Source: Euryarchaeota archaeon UBA126 | GTDB taxonomy: Archaea > Thermoplasmatota > Poseidoniia > Poseidoniales > Thalassarchaeaceae | Reading direction: 5' to 3' | NCBI GenBank assembly: GCA_002497025.1 | Contig: DAMG01000079.1 | Coordinates: forward strand, 55,443 to 97,737 | DNA: 42,295 bases | In this document: positions 14,793 to 23,534 of the stretch, one piece after another | Layout: each line of letters begins with the position of its first letter | Position numbering within the stretch: position 1 is the stretch's first letter | The notes under the pieces: generated by a model | Seen by the model: the letters and a program-made list of their open reading frames with translations, nothing else | Told to the model about the DNA's origin: nothing | The model's database searches: none | Made by a program: the position numbers and the translations under genes

Positions 14793-15935
14793 TTGAGTCA
14801 GAAGAGAGATTACTACGAGGTATTAGGAGTAGACCGTAAAGTGTCAGACTCTGACATAAAGAAAGCCTTTCGTTCCAAGGCTAGGGAATTTCATCCAGAT
14901 AAGAACCCAGATGACCCTGACGCGGAAGCACGATTCAAAGAAGTTCAGGAAGCTTACGCCATTCTATCTAACCCCGATGAAAGAAAAAAGTACGACATGT
15001 TTGGGCACGACCGCCCTGGTGGTTCTCCATGGGGCGCTGGAGGATTTCAAGGAGTCAATATCAGTATCGACGACTTATTTGGCGGTGGTTTCGAATCGAT
15101 TTTTTCATCCCTATTCGGAGGTGGAACTAGACGCAGACCATCCCGAGGTGCGGACCTTCTTATTCGCCATGTGGTAAGTTTTCAAGATGCATTTAACGGA
15201 GTTGATGATGAATTAGAAATCGATGTACTAAACCGTTGTGAAAGTTGTGATGGCAGTGGTTCTCAGACTCCGGAAGGCGTCAGAGTTTGTCCAACCTGTG
15301 ATGGAAGAGGGAGATTAACTAGAATAGAAAGAATAGGTCCATTTCAACAACAAGTCACCCAAGATTGCAGAGCATGTGGAGGTGATGGAAGAATCATACA
15401 AAATCCTTGTAAGACTTGTGCGGGAAAAGGTAGAGCAGAGCAATCAAAGAAAGTCAAATTTAGTGTTCCTGCAGGCATAGATAGTGGAACCAGATTGAGG
15501 TTGAGTGGTCATGGAGAGTCTCCTAGTAATCTAAATGGAAAACCTGGTAATCTATACATTGAAATTGAGATAGAAGAACATGATTGGTTTGAAAGGGATG
15601 GTTCCGATTTGTTGATGGCTCTTCCAGTTAGTTATGTTGATCTTGTATTAGGTACGAGTATTGAGATACCTCACATCGACGGCTCAACTCTCAAGATCAT
15701 TGTAAACGCTGGATCAAAACCGGGAGAGACGGTAACAATCCCAAATCGAGGCCTACCTTATCCAAGGGGCGGAAGAGGCAGGGGGGCAGTAATGGTCCTT
15801 CTCAAACTCGCAATGCCAAACAAGTTGTCCCGTTCTACCAAAAAGCAACTAAAAGAACTCAAAGAAAATTTAGGTAGCGGCGCACCTGTTACTGATGACA
15901 TCATCAGTGAAGCACGTGAAAGACGCCGCTCATGA
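14793..15935 (+). CDS. dnaJ: Molecular chaperone DnaJ (type I Hsp40)
   Basis: TTG start. J domain DYYEVLGV...FHPDKNP (HPD at nt 14892-14900), a G/F-rich linker, and four CxxCxGxG zinc-finger motifs (CESCDGSG, CPTCDGRG, CRACGGDG, CKTCAGKG), followed by the C-terminal substrate-binding domains. Confidence 0.9.
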   Translation: MSQKRDYYEVLGVDRKVSDSDIKKAFRSKAREFHPDKNPDDPDAEARFKEVQEAYAILSNPDERKKYDMFGHDRPGGSPWGAGGFQGVNISIDDLFGGGFESIFSSLFGGGTRRRPSRGADLLIRHVVSFQDAFNGVDDELEIDVLNRCESCDGSGSQTPEGVRVCPTCDGRGRLTRIERIGPFQQQVTQDCRACGGDGRIIQNPCKTCAGKGRAEQSKKVKFSVPAGIDSGTRLRLSGHGESPSNLNGKPGNLYIEIEIEEHDWFERDGSDLLMALPVSYVDLVLGTSIEIPHIDGSTLKIIVNAGSKPGETVTIPNRGLPYPRGGRGRGAVMVLLKLAMPNKLSRSTKKQLKELKENLGSGAPVTDDIISEARERRRS

Positions 15936-18089
15936 CCAGTCAATCGCTCGATTAGGCACGGCCGCCAATGGTTCACCATTTACCAATCCGGAAAGATGGA
16001 AGCCAATATTCGAGGGCTCTCCTGAGATGCTTAATCTTAGGAATGTACTAGTCAGAGGTGACAAAGTATCCAAGAATATTTCATCACCATTGAAGAGATG
16101 TTTAGGCGATACCTCTGCGATACTTACGCTCGCACCCTCTGGTGCATATACTCGCATTGCAGCCAACTCCCAAGGCGATTCGGCGATGCGAATACCAATT
16201 AGCATGGTGTTTTTTCCTTCATTTATTCTCCAAGCACAAATTTCTACTTTTTCTGTATTGTGTCTAAGTAGAGGTCCCCCCCAGTCTTCAACTACAGCCT
16301 GCCAGGGACTATCTCCTAGTTGGTGAAGAGCAGAATCGATTACTTGTTCGTTGGTATCTTCTTCTGCAAGTAGGGCAGTCAAACGTTCACGTAATCGTCT
16401 TAATCTACGTAATTCATGTTGTTCGATTTCAATTTGGTTGATACCATCTCGCCAACGATTTCGATTCCAAAAAATAACCAGTACAGCCGGCGCGAGCAGG
16501 AAAATTCCTGCAAAGATGTAGTAATCAGTAAACAGGTTCGACTGATCGGTGAATAGTCCAGGGTCAATTTCGACAATTTCTCCATCATCAATGAGTTTGA
16601 AATCATAATAGGTCAAACTAGCATCACCGATTTTCTCAACCCTAATTGCGTGAATACCATAAGGTGCATCGATTAATCCACCATCAGAGGCATTTTCGAT
16701 TGACCAGGTTTCTTGATTTAGCACAAATATCTGGTAAGTTACCGGCTGGGTAAGGTCGGCATCGATATGTAATTTAGAACCATTAGCAGAGGTCACCTCA
16801 AAGGCAAAAACATCTACAAATTCATCCCCAGACATTCTGGCTTCGATTGTTTGATTGAAAGAAACGTTAGGCCAATTTGAGAAATCATCAGTAATCACCC
16901 ATAGCCTGTCGGGTGCATCTCCCATTGCCCCAGCATCCCCTTTTGGATACTCTGTTAATGCGATATTCCACTCTGCAAGAGTTTCAGAAGTCATACGAAA
17001 CTCAAGAGCTACCGTGTCAACATTTGTAGTAATTGCATTTGTGCAACCACCATCTACATCAGATACAGTTCCATCTGAAGAAATCAGGAAAACTTCGAAA
17101 TTTACTTTTTCGGACCTATCCCAACAATTTACTGACAGCCCCATTCTACTAGCAGATTCCACACGAATGGTATCACCTTCTGTGTCACTGAATGAAACCC
17201 AGCCCCTAAGGGTCTGGGTCTCACTTGGAAATTGAATTGGTTCACGCTCTCCCCAATCAGCAGCCAATTCCCCCCAGGAAGACTCCAAATCAGGGGAATG
17301 CCGTAGGATGTAAAATCCGTAAGCTGCGAATCCATTTTCTGGCAATTGTTTGATTCTTAGCCAAAGACGTCCGTCTTCTGGGTAGTCGAACCGGAACTGA
17401 CCATCTTCATCGGGTTCAAACGCTTCCAACAATGTCTTTGTTGAATCGTTTCTAAGCCAAAATTCGATTTCAACAGATTCAGGCATTACGGGCACTGGCA
17501 TTTCGATGATATCACCTGCATCACCAAGGATTTCGATTGAATCTTTATCAGACCCGTCGATAAGAGACCCAATCACCCAATGGACTCCATTAGGGTGAAT
17601 ATTATGACAGGTATCTATGGGGCAATCCCAGGTTGGGTCTACAGGTTCTTGATCAACGGTAATACCCGGGCTGGGGATATTATCCAGCCAATCATCACCC
17701 TCAATAATCATCGATGAAAAATTTGCATTTATCCATTGACTCATCTCAAACAATAAATCCTCCATTGAGTTTTCACTATTGGCAATAACTAGAATATCGA
17801 CCTGTCCTGAAGCTACGAAGGAAATCTCTATTCGATTTGAGTCCGAGACGGTGTAATTTTCATCCAAAGTCGTCACTTTGAGCTCTAATCCTGGGCATGA
17901 TGACTTTAGGCACCAGATCTTTATGAATATTGGAATAGGTTGGTCAAAGTCGCTTGAATTTTCGATTAGTGTAACCGTATTTTCACTATCCTGAGCGGTT
18001 GCATGAGAAACGCCTCCAACAAGGAATATGAAAAGTACGAAAATGGCATTTGCGGTCCGACTCACGGCCCTCCGGGCCGGCTTCCCCAT
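15930..18089 (-). CDS. Type I membrane protein: signal peptide, ~520-aa ectodomain, one TM helix, ~180-aa cytoplasmic domain (hypothetical)
   Basis: 719 aa. N-terminus AIFVLFIFLVGGVSHATAQD is signal-like. The TM helix is YYIFAGIFLLAPAVLVIFW (nt ~16470-16530). It is followed by NRNRWRD, a basic coiled segment (HELRRLRRLRERL) and a beta-rich domain. Overlaps the dnaJ 3' end by 6 nt. Confidence 0.75.
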   Translation of the reverse strand: MGKPARRAVSRTANAIFVLFIFLVGGVSHATAQDSENTVTLIENSSDFDQPIPIFIKIWCLKSSCPGLELKVTTLDENYTVSDSNRIEISFVASGQVDILVIANSENSMEDLLFEMSQWINANFSSMIIEGDDWLDNIPSPGITVDQEPVDPTWDCPIDTCHNIHPNGVHWVIGSLIDGSDKDSIEILGDAGDIIEMPVPVMPESVEIEFWLRNDSTKTLLEAFEPDEDGQFRFDYPEDGRLWLRIKQLPENGFAAYGFYILRHSPDLESSWGELAADWGEREPIQFPSETQTLRGWVSFSDTEGDTIRVESASRMGLSVNCWDRSEKVNFEVFLISSDGTVSDVDGGCTNAITTNVDTVALEFRMTSETLAEWNIALTEYPKGDAGAMGDAPDRLWVITDDFSNWPNVSFNQTIEARMSGDEFVDVFAFEVTSANGSKLHIDADLTQPVTYQIFVLNQETWSIENASDGGLIDAPYGIHAIRVEKIGDASLTYYDFKLIDDGEIVEIDPGLFTDQSNLFTDYYIFAGIFLLAPAVLVIFWNRNRWRDGINQIEIEQHELRRLRRLRERLTALLAEEDTNEQVIDSALHQLGDSPWQAVVEDWGGPLLRHNTEKVEICAWRINEGKNTMLIGIRIAESPWELAAMRVYAPEGASVSIAEVSPKHLFNGDEIFLDTLSPLTSTFLRLSISGEPSNIGFHLSGLVNGEPLAAVPNRAIDWS

Positions 18090-18127
18090 TAGAATCCTTC
18101 AAGCGAACCGCATCGTTAGAGGCTTCG

Positions 18128-19933
18128 ATGACAGAGGGTGCTGATGAGCGACCGCTGGCGCGCAGCGTTGCTGCAAGAGGGCGGTTTGCACGTATTTTCG
18201 CTCTTGGCGACCGAACTTCACCGTCTTCCTGGACTCCTGGATTGATAGTTTCCGCAAATGATCCTGAAATTTCTCTACGATTTTCTGCATTTAGAATAGA
18301 GAGAGAATCAAGCACAATTCCAGCGAAAATGTCCATGGAAGTGCTTGGTGACTTATGTCTACCATTCGGAAAACCGGAAATTTGGAATGCTGAGGAAGGG
18401 CTTATTTTACCTTCTAGTTTAGTAGAATCCGATAGTGGTCAAAAATCGATTGGGAGTCAGTTATTACCTGTCTCTTGGCAATCCCTGAATCATGATGAGA
18501 AATTATTGGAAGATTCGCTAGAACCATCCATCGTCGCCCTCATCGATGCACCTCAACTTGCAGAGCGCCCAGGTAAATTGGTTGAAGCACTAGATGCAAT
18601 TAGGAGGCGATTCCCTACATCACTCATCTGGACTCCTGGAATAGGCGGCCCTGACAATTGTGCTTTACTCTCATGGATGGGTGTCGATTTATTTGATTTC
18701 TCGAGGTCTCAGGAAGCAGTTGCAAGAGGGGTGATACTAACCGAAGACGGACCACGTGAACCCGAGTTGACAGCGGGTGAAGTATCTGATTTACAAACTC
18801 AACTTGAGGCATGGGAAAGAGCCCTTGGAGCCACACGTTCAGCCATCAGAGAAGGCACTATTCGCCAGCTTGCAGAACGACAAGCACTGTCTAGTCCCAG
18901 GTCCGTTGAGAGGCTTCGAAGACACGATTCAATTATGGCTGAGAAGGCAAGTATCGAAGCGGGTTCCGCTGCACTAGAGAGTGTGGTTAAAGAAGGGACT
19001 AGACTACTTTGCCATTCTTATTCAAGTAGAGAAGATCCACTAATCCAAAACTGGAGGCGACGAGTATCACAATTACATACTCCTCCAAATCATCAAAGCA
19101 AGGTAATGGTCTTGTTACCTTGTTCGGCTAAGAAACCATATCGCCTTTCTCAATCACATCGCAGATTCCAAAGAGCGATCCCAACAAGGGGGGTGAATCA
19201 AGTCATGGTAACTGCACCATTAGGTTTGGTCCCAAGAGAATTAGAAGATTTCTGGCCAGCTGCTCATTATGATATTCCAGTTACGGGAGATTGGGATATC
19301 GATGAATTGCAGGTCATCCGTGAAATGGTTCGTTCATATGCAACTAGGAATGAATTTGAATTGGTTATTAACCATTCAGGGATAGATATAGAAATTCCTA
19401 AAGTTCATGTTATCGACACACGACAGGGTGATTCTGCCGGCTCGCAGAATTCACTAAATAAACTCCAAGAAGCCATAGAAGACGCCAGCAAAGAATATCG
19501 CTTGCAAAACCCTAAGGAAAGTATTCACCGGCTTGAGAAACTAAAGTCAGCCTCCCGTTTCCAACACGGCACTGATGATTGGTTGGAAGGGACAAAAGTT
19601 AGTGGTAGACCGCCAATATTCCGTATTGAAATGGAAAGAACACAAATTGCATTATGGAATCCTCGCTCAGGCCGATTCTCTTTCTCAAAGGCGGCATTAC
19701 CAATATTAGATGCCTGCAATGCTTTGCCAAGAGTTGAATTGATTTCTAATTTTGATTGGCGCGGAGATATATTCTCCACTAATGTATCGAAGGCGGACCG
19801 AAATATTCGTACTGGAGACGAGATTCTAGTCTTCCAAGATGGCACATTGGTAGGTAGCGCGAGGGCTGAGGCGTCGGAATGGGAATGGCCTAATGGGCCG
19901 GGTAGACTGGCCAAGGCCAAACATCGTCTTTGA
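18128..19933 (+). CDS. arcS: Archaeosine synthase ArcS (TGT-like N-domain, DUF5591-type core, C-terminal PUA)
   Basis: The exact ArcS signature PC-X3-KPY-X2-S-X2-H is present as PCSAKKPYRLSQSH (nt 19118-19159). The TGT-like block is LIWTPGIGGPDNCALLSWMGVDLFD. The PUA-like end is TGDEILVFQDGTLVGSARAE. The start is uncertain: ATG 18128 is chosen because the preceding part of the ORF overlaps the divergent gene, and ATG 18329 is also possible. Confidence 0.8.
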   Translation: MTEGADERPLARSVAARGRFARIFALGDRTSPSSWTPGLIVSANDPEISLRFSAFRIERESSTIPAKMSMEVLGDLCLPFGKPEIWNAEEGLILPSSLVESDSGQKSIGSQLLPVSWQSLNHDEKLLEDSLEPSIVALIDAPQLAERPGKLVEALDAIRRRFPTSLIWTPGIGGPDNCALLSWMGVDLFDFSRSQEAVARGVILTEDGPREPELTAGEVSDLQTQLEAWERALGATRSAIREGTIRQLAERQALSSPRSVERLRRHDSIMAEKASIEAGSAALESVVKEGTRLLCHSYSSREDPLIQNWRRRVSQLHTPPNHQSKVMVLLPCSAKKPYRLSQSHRRFQRAIPTRGVNQVMVTAPLGLVPRELEDFWPAAHYDIPVTGDWDIDELQVIREMVRSYATRNEFELVINHSGIDIEIPKVHVIDTRQGDSAGSQNSLNKLQEAIEDASKEYRLQNPKESIHRLEKLKSASRFQHGTDDWLEGTKVSGRPPIFRIEMERTQIALWNPRSGRFSFSKAALPILDACNALPRVELISNFDWRGDIFSTNVSKADRNIRTGDEILVFQDGTLVGSARAEASEWEWPNGPGRLAKAKHRL

Positions 19934-19996
19934 CTAAACACCCTCTGGGTGACATGCGTAGCGATTAAAGAGGAGCAGCAGGTCGGCGAGCCGCTT

Positions 19997-20003
19997 GAGG
20001 TGA
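19997..20003 (+). promoter_or_regulatory. Shine-Dalgarno-like site GAGGTGA for rps15
   Basis: GAGGTGA lies 5 nt upstream of GTG 20009 and is complementary to the conserved 16S 3' end (..CACCUCC). Confidence 0.5.
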
Positions 20004-20008
20004 CCTAA

Positions 20009-20464
20009 GTGGCAAGAATGCACAGTAAAGGCAAAGGAAAGAGCGGCTCGGACAAGCCGAATGTTTCCGATGCTCCAAAGTGGTCCGAATCAGATAAAAA
20101 GACCGTTGAGGAACTTATCTTGAAGCTATCTGAAGAGGGTCACCCTACCGCAATGATTGGCACCATACTTCGTGACCAACATGCTGTTCCAGATGTCAGA
20201 TTGGTTACTGGTGAGAGAATATCTGAAACTCTACTACGAAATGGAGTAGGAGGAAAGTATCCGGAAGATATGATGAATCTGATGCGACAAGCATTGAGAA
20301 TGATAGATCATCTAAACACTAATCACAAGGATCTTCACAATCGTCGACAATTAGAGTTAACAGAGTCTAGAATTCGTCGTTTGGCTAAGTATTACAGAGG
20401 CACAGGAAAACTTGATTCTGATTGGGCATACAAGAGAGATCAACTCCGACTAATGGTCGAATGA
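20009..20464 (+). CDS. rps15: 30S ribosomal protein uS15 (archaeal S15P / eukaryotic S13e type)
   Basis: 151 aa. The N-terminus (V)ARMHSKGKGKSGS is typical of archaeal S15P/S13e. The C-terminal S15 fold block is DLHNRRQLELTESRIRRLAKYY. Confidence 0.9.
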   Translation: MARMHSKGKGKSGSDKPNVSDAPKWSESDKKTVEELILKLSEEGHPTAMIGTILRDQHAVPDVRLVTGERISETLLRNGVGGKYPEDMMNLMRQALRMIDHLNTNHKDLHNRRQLELTESRIRRLAKYYRGTGKLDSDWAYKRDQLRLMVE

Positions 20465-20544
20465 GTTTTAAAAGGCATTTTTCGTAGTAATTGCATAATT
20501 GCAAAGCGATGGAGATTTGAACCCCCCCTTTCCATCTACGTACA

Positions 20545-21414
20545 ATGCGGCAGCTGCTTGAGTCAGAACCATTTTCCTCAGTGGCTCCCTGCCTGACCCG
20601 GGCAGTCTCCGGTTTCCAAGTACATGATGGTCCGGTTATGTTACTGGCCGCTCCATCTCTTATTGGCGCCCTTTCTATTGCTCCAATTGAAGCAGCCTTT
20701 CTCGACCTTGGCTTACCCTATCGTCGGCGATTTAAATTGGAGTCACCTTCAGACGGTTCTTGGATTCACATTTTGGGGCCGGCCCAAGATACTGGTCCGG
20801 AGTATAACTCAGAACCTCCTCGTCTAAGTCTTGGTTTAGCACTTGTAGATGGATTAGTGTCCTCGTCAGGTGACACCAGAAGAGGACCATTGACTACGGT
20901 TGCACAGGCTCATGCAATCGCTCAGTCATTAGCTCCTGATGGTCTCCGTGTTCGGAGTTTACGTCCGTGGCTGATTTCTGGTAATTGGTTACATTCAGCG
21001 CTTGATACGACCTATGATCCAGTTTTCACTGCCCTTAGGGACATGTTGGTCGAAGAAGGTAGTGTAAGAATCGCCACAATTCCTGAGGTCCCTTCAATTG
21101 AATTATCGAATACTCCTTGGATAGAAGAATTAGCTCTGGAGGCTGTATCTTCCAAGTGGTCTGATTTAGATATGGAAGGTAAAGCTAGAGCCCTTTCACA
21201 TCTAATGCGACCTGCCATTTCTCGCTCTACACCATCTACTGCTAGGATGGAAGAACTAGGCTGGCATAGAGTAGTCGGTCCAAATTGGGATAGTGATTTG
21301 GCCTCGGAAATTCTCAGAGCTGCTAGACTTTGGAAACAAGGCTCTGCCAATCTAGCAGCGCATTCATTTGTTGATTCATTATTGTCAACAGGAAGGTCGC
21401 CTGAATTAGAATAA
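20545..21414 (+). CDS. Hypothetical protein (289 aa, A/L/S/P/R-rich, no recognisable motif)
   Basis: Long ORF with an ATG start and no competing gene on the other strand. Local GC (~52-60% in the lines I counted) is higher than in the surface-protein genes. No DHH, P-loop or TM motifs seen. Confidence 0.55.
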   Translation: MRQLLESEPFSSVAPCLTRAVSGFQVHDGPVMLLAAPSLIGALSIAPIEAAFLDLGLPYRRRFKLESPSDGSWIHILGPAQDTGPEYNSEPPRLSLGLALVDGLVSSSGDTRRGPLTTVAQAHAIAQSLAPDGLRVRSLRPWLISGNWLHSALDTTYDPVFTALRDMLVEEGSVRIATIPEVPSIELSNTPWIEELALEAVSSKWSDLDMEGKARALSHLMRPAISRSTPSTARMEELGWHRVVGPNWDSDLASEILRAARLWKQGSANLAAHSFVDSLLSTGRSPELE

Positions 21415-23442
21415 TCATTCAAGCCTTAGTGTGGATTTACAGCCGATACATTCCAATCTAAGTGGTCTAACTTCAGACTCTACTGGATTAGATTCCCCAC
21501 AATTTGGACAATTAACGTGAGCACTGGGTCGTTGCCCTCTTCCGCGTCTCTCAGTAAAGTCCGACCGGGGAGATACTAGGGCGACAGGGAAAATCAGTAA
21601 CATACTCGAAGAAACAACACCAAGGACAAATGGCATATCAAGACCTAATACATACAATGCCAACGAAAGCCCACCAAGGATAACTACTGTTAGCATTGTA
21701 GGTGCTCTGGCCCGTTTCCTTGTCATTGCCATTCCTAAGCCTAGTGCTAAAACTAGCATGAATACAGAAACCATTGCCGAGACCAATGGTGAGTACAGTG
21801 CACCACCGGTTGGTACAAACTCAACTCTGAATGTTTCCTCGGTGTCTAGGTCGCTTTCCTCTATTGTAACCTTCTCGAATATTATCCATCTTCGATGCTT
21901 TGCATCAATATCTTCTGCCGCAACACCTCCAAGACCCTGTAGAGCAGAGGAGCGAATTTCTACTCTCAACTCAACCTTAGTGTACAAATCATCATCACTT
22001 GGTCGGATGAATGATTCAATCAATTGCTGTCTTTCTCCAGGGTTGACATTGTGAGATGTATCAATTCGAATAGTCACACTCTCGGCACTGAATGCCCTAG
22101 TGTGGCCCAAATCAATAGTTATCTCCGTAGGTCCAAGATTGACAGGATTAATCCCCAGAATAGATTCAGCGTCCAGATACAATCCATTGGCAAGGAATGA
22201 TCTCATATCTGACGCAGATCCAACTAGATGACTGTTTAAGGCAGCAATTTCTGAATCATCTACCTGTCCATTGTTGTATTCGGAGTTAGTGACACTATCG
22301 GAGTAGGTTCTTAGATTACGCCACCAACTATTCGATGAAAGACTATTGTTTCCAATGTTATCTAGACCCCATCTCACCCACTGAGACATAGCACCATCAA
22401 ATTCGATTGTTACTTCTCTTTGGACTGATTCTCCATCAAATTTAGCGCTTACATCAACAAGTAAATTCGTTCCACCAGTCCTCAACGGCTCAACCGCAGG
22501 ATACCAGCCCCCTGCATTTGATCCTCCATCACCTGCAACAATATCGTATGTCCGATTAGCCTCAATTCTAAGGGAAGTTTGTGGTTCGAGGTGGAATGAG
22601 ACCATGTATGTTCCAGAATCTGCAGATTCAGGAATTTCCCAGGCGAAAGTGACCTCGACTCCATTATTTGTTGGAGTTGCAATTGGGCTATCTGCAATTG
22701 TACTGCTAGCTACTATCATGCCTCCGCTTGAGGCCGACCACATTCTATCTCCAAATCCAGACTTGAGAAGGATAGGGAAGTATACCAATCTATCATTAAC
22801 ACTTGGTTCTTTCATATCTATACTAACTAAGGGGAATTTCATCGAAATTCTTCCAGGGAAGTCATCTGTGCCCCAAATAAAACGAATTCCTGCTTCATCA
22901 CCTGGGCTGGAGAACGATAAACTTCTGACTGAAAAAGTCAGTTTTATTTTATCACCAGAGCGAACTTCACCAGCAAGAACTTCCACGGGGATTACAACTT
23001 CTCCCACATTTGTAAGGAATAATCCTGCACCAGCGTCTCCCTCAAAGTAGGTGCTTCCAATATTGACTCCAATTGTTGCATTTATTTGGATTCCTGCCGC
23101 CGATTCAACCTCATATGGGATGCGGAATTCCCAGGTGGAATCTGAGTAATCTCCCTGTAATCCCCAATCTACTTCCCAAGTACCAATTTCTACCAACCCT
23201 TGGATAGAAGGTGTTACAAATTGATCAAATTCCTCATCAAGATCCGAATCAAATGGAGAAAGTGAGCCGTCGTCAGCACTACCAATCAAAAATAAGTCGA
23301 ATTCTTGCGAACTACAGCAAGAGCCATCTTGCTCAGCAGTTATCGATGAATAGGGCATACTGACTAGCATCAATAGTGCTACAATTAGCACCACTCCACC
23401 CCTCTGATGACCCTCCATATTACGGGGAGACCCGCTTTCCAT
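21415..23442 (-). CDS. Exported membrane protein: signal anchor, ~530-aa ectodomain, three C-terminal TM helices, cytoplasmic zinc ribbon
   Basis: 675 aa. N-terminus GGVVLIVALLMLVSM. C-terminal helices VSAMVSVFMLVLALGLGMAM, MLTVVILGGLSLALYVLGL and FVLGVVSSSMLLIFPVALV. The protein ends RRGRGQRPSAHVNCPNCGESNPVESEVRPLRLECIGCKSTLRLE (CxxC...CxxC, nt ~21418-21510). Confidence 0.75.
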   Translation of the reverse strand: MESGSPRNMEGHQRGGVVLIVALLMLVSMPYSSITAEQDGSCCSSQEFDLFLIGSADDGSLSPFDSDLDEEFDQFVTPSIQGLVEIGTWEVDWGLQGDYSDSTWEFRIPYEVESAAGIQINATIGVNIGSTYFEGDAGAGLFLTNVGEVVIPVEVLAGEVRSGDKIKLTFSVRSLSFSSPGDEAGIRFIWGTDDFPGRISMKFPLVSIDMKEPSVNDRLVYFPILLKSGFGDRMWSASSGGMIVASSTIADSPIATPTNNGVEVTFAWEIPESADSGTYMVSFHLEPQTSLRIEANRTYDIVAGDGGSNAGGWYPAVEPLRTGGTNLLVDVSAKFDGESVQREVTIEFDGAMSQWVRWGLDNIGNNSLSSNSWWRNLRTYSDSVTNSEYNNGQVDDSEIAALNSHLVGSASDMRSFLANGLYLDAESILGINPVNLGPTEITIDLGHTRAFSAESVTIRIDTSHNVNPGERQQLIESFIRPSDDDLYTKVELRVEIRSSALQGLGGVAAEDIDAKHRRWIIFEKVTIEESDLDTEETFRVEFVPTGGALYSPLVSAMVSVFMLVLALGLGMAMTRKRARAPTMLTVVILGGLSLALYVLGLDMPFVLGVVSSSMLLIFPVALVSPRSDFTERRGRGQRPSAHVNCPNCGESNPVESEVRPLRLECIGCKSTLRLE

Positions 23443-23485
23443 CCTTGAATGCGACCCTTATGAGATTCGTTTGTACTCTATTTCT

Positions 23486-23524
23486 TTACCTCGGCGCCAT
23501 AGGCGCCGCACGTACACGAGGGGC
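23486..23524 (-). promoter_or_regulatory. Upstream element copy B: CCCCTCGTGTACG + GC hairpin (CGGCGCC-TAT-GGCGCCG; plus-strand 23492-23508) + GAGGTAA
   Basis: Read on the minus strand it has the same order and orientation as copy A relative to its downstream gene (ATG 23442). TCATAAG (23463-23457) lies 14 nt before the ATG. The element also sits 27 nt past the gltX stop, so it could additionally act at the gltX 3' end. Confidence 0.45.
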
Positions 23525-23534
23525 AGCATATGTC

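Noticed and set aside
18050-18127. N-terminal 26 codons of the arcS ORF as given in the ORF track
   Set aside because: This stretch would overlap the 5' end of the divergent 719-aa gene by 40 nt. The first in-frame ATG after the overlap (18128) precedes the TGT-like ARGRF...TPGL block. The true start remains uncertain, and 18329 is also possible.
20508-20536. tRNA gene or tRNA 3' fragment on the minus strand (GGGGGGGTTCAAATC)
   Set aside because: The T-loop-like heptamer is not flanked by complementary 5-bp stems. No acceptor or anticodon arms can be built. It is better treated as a simple hairpin.
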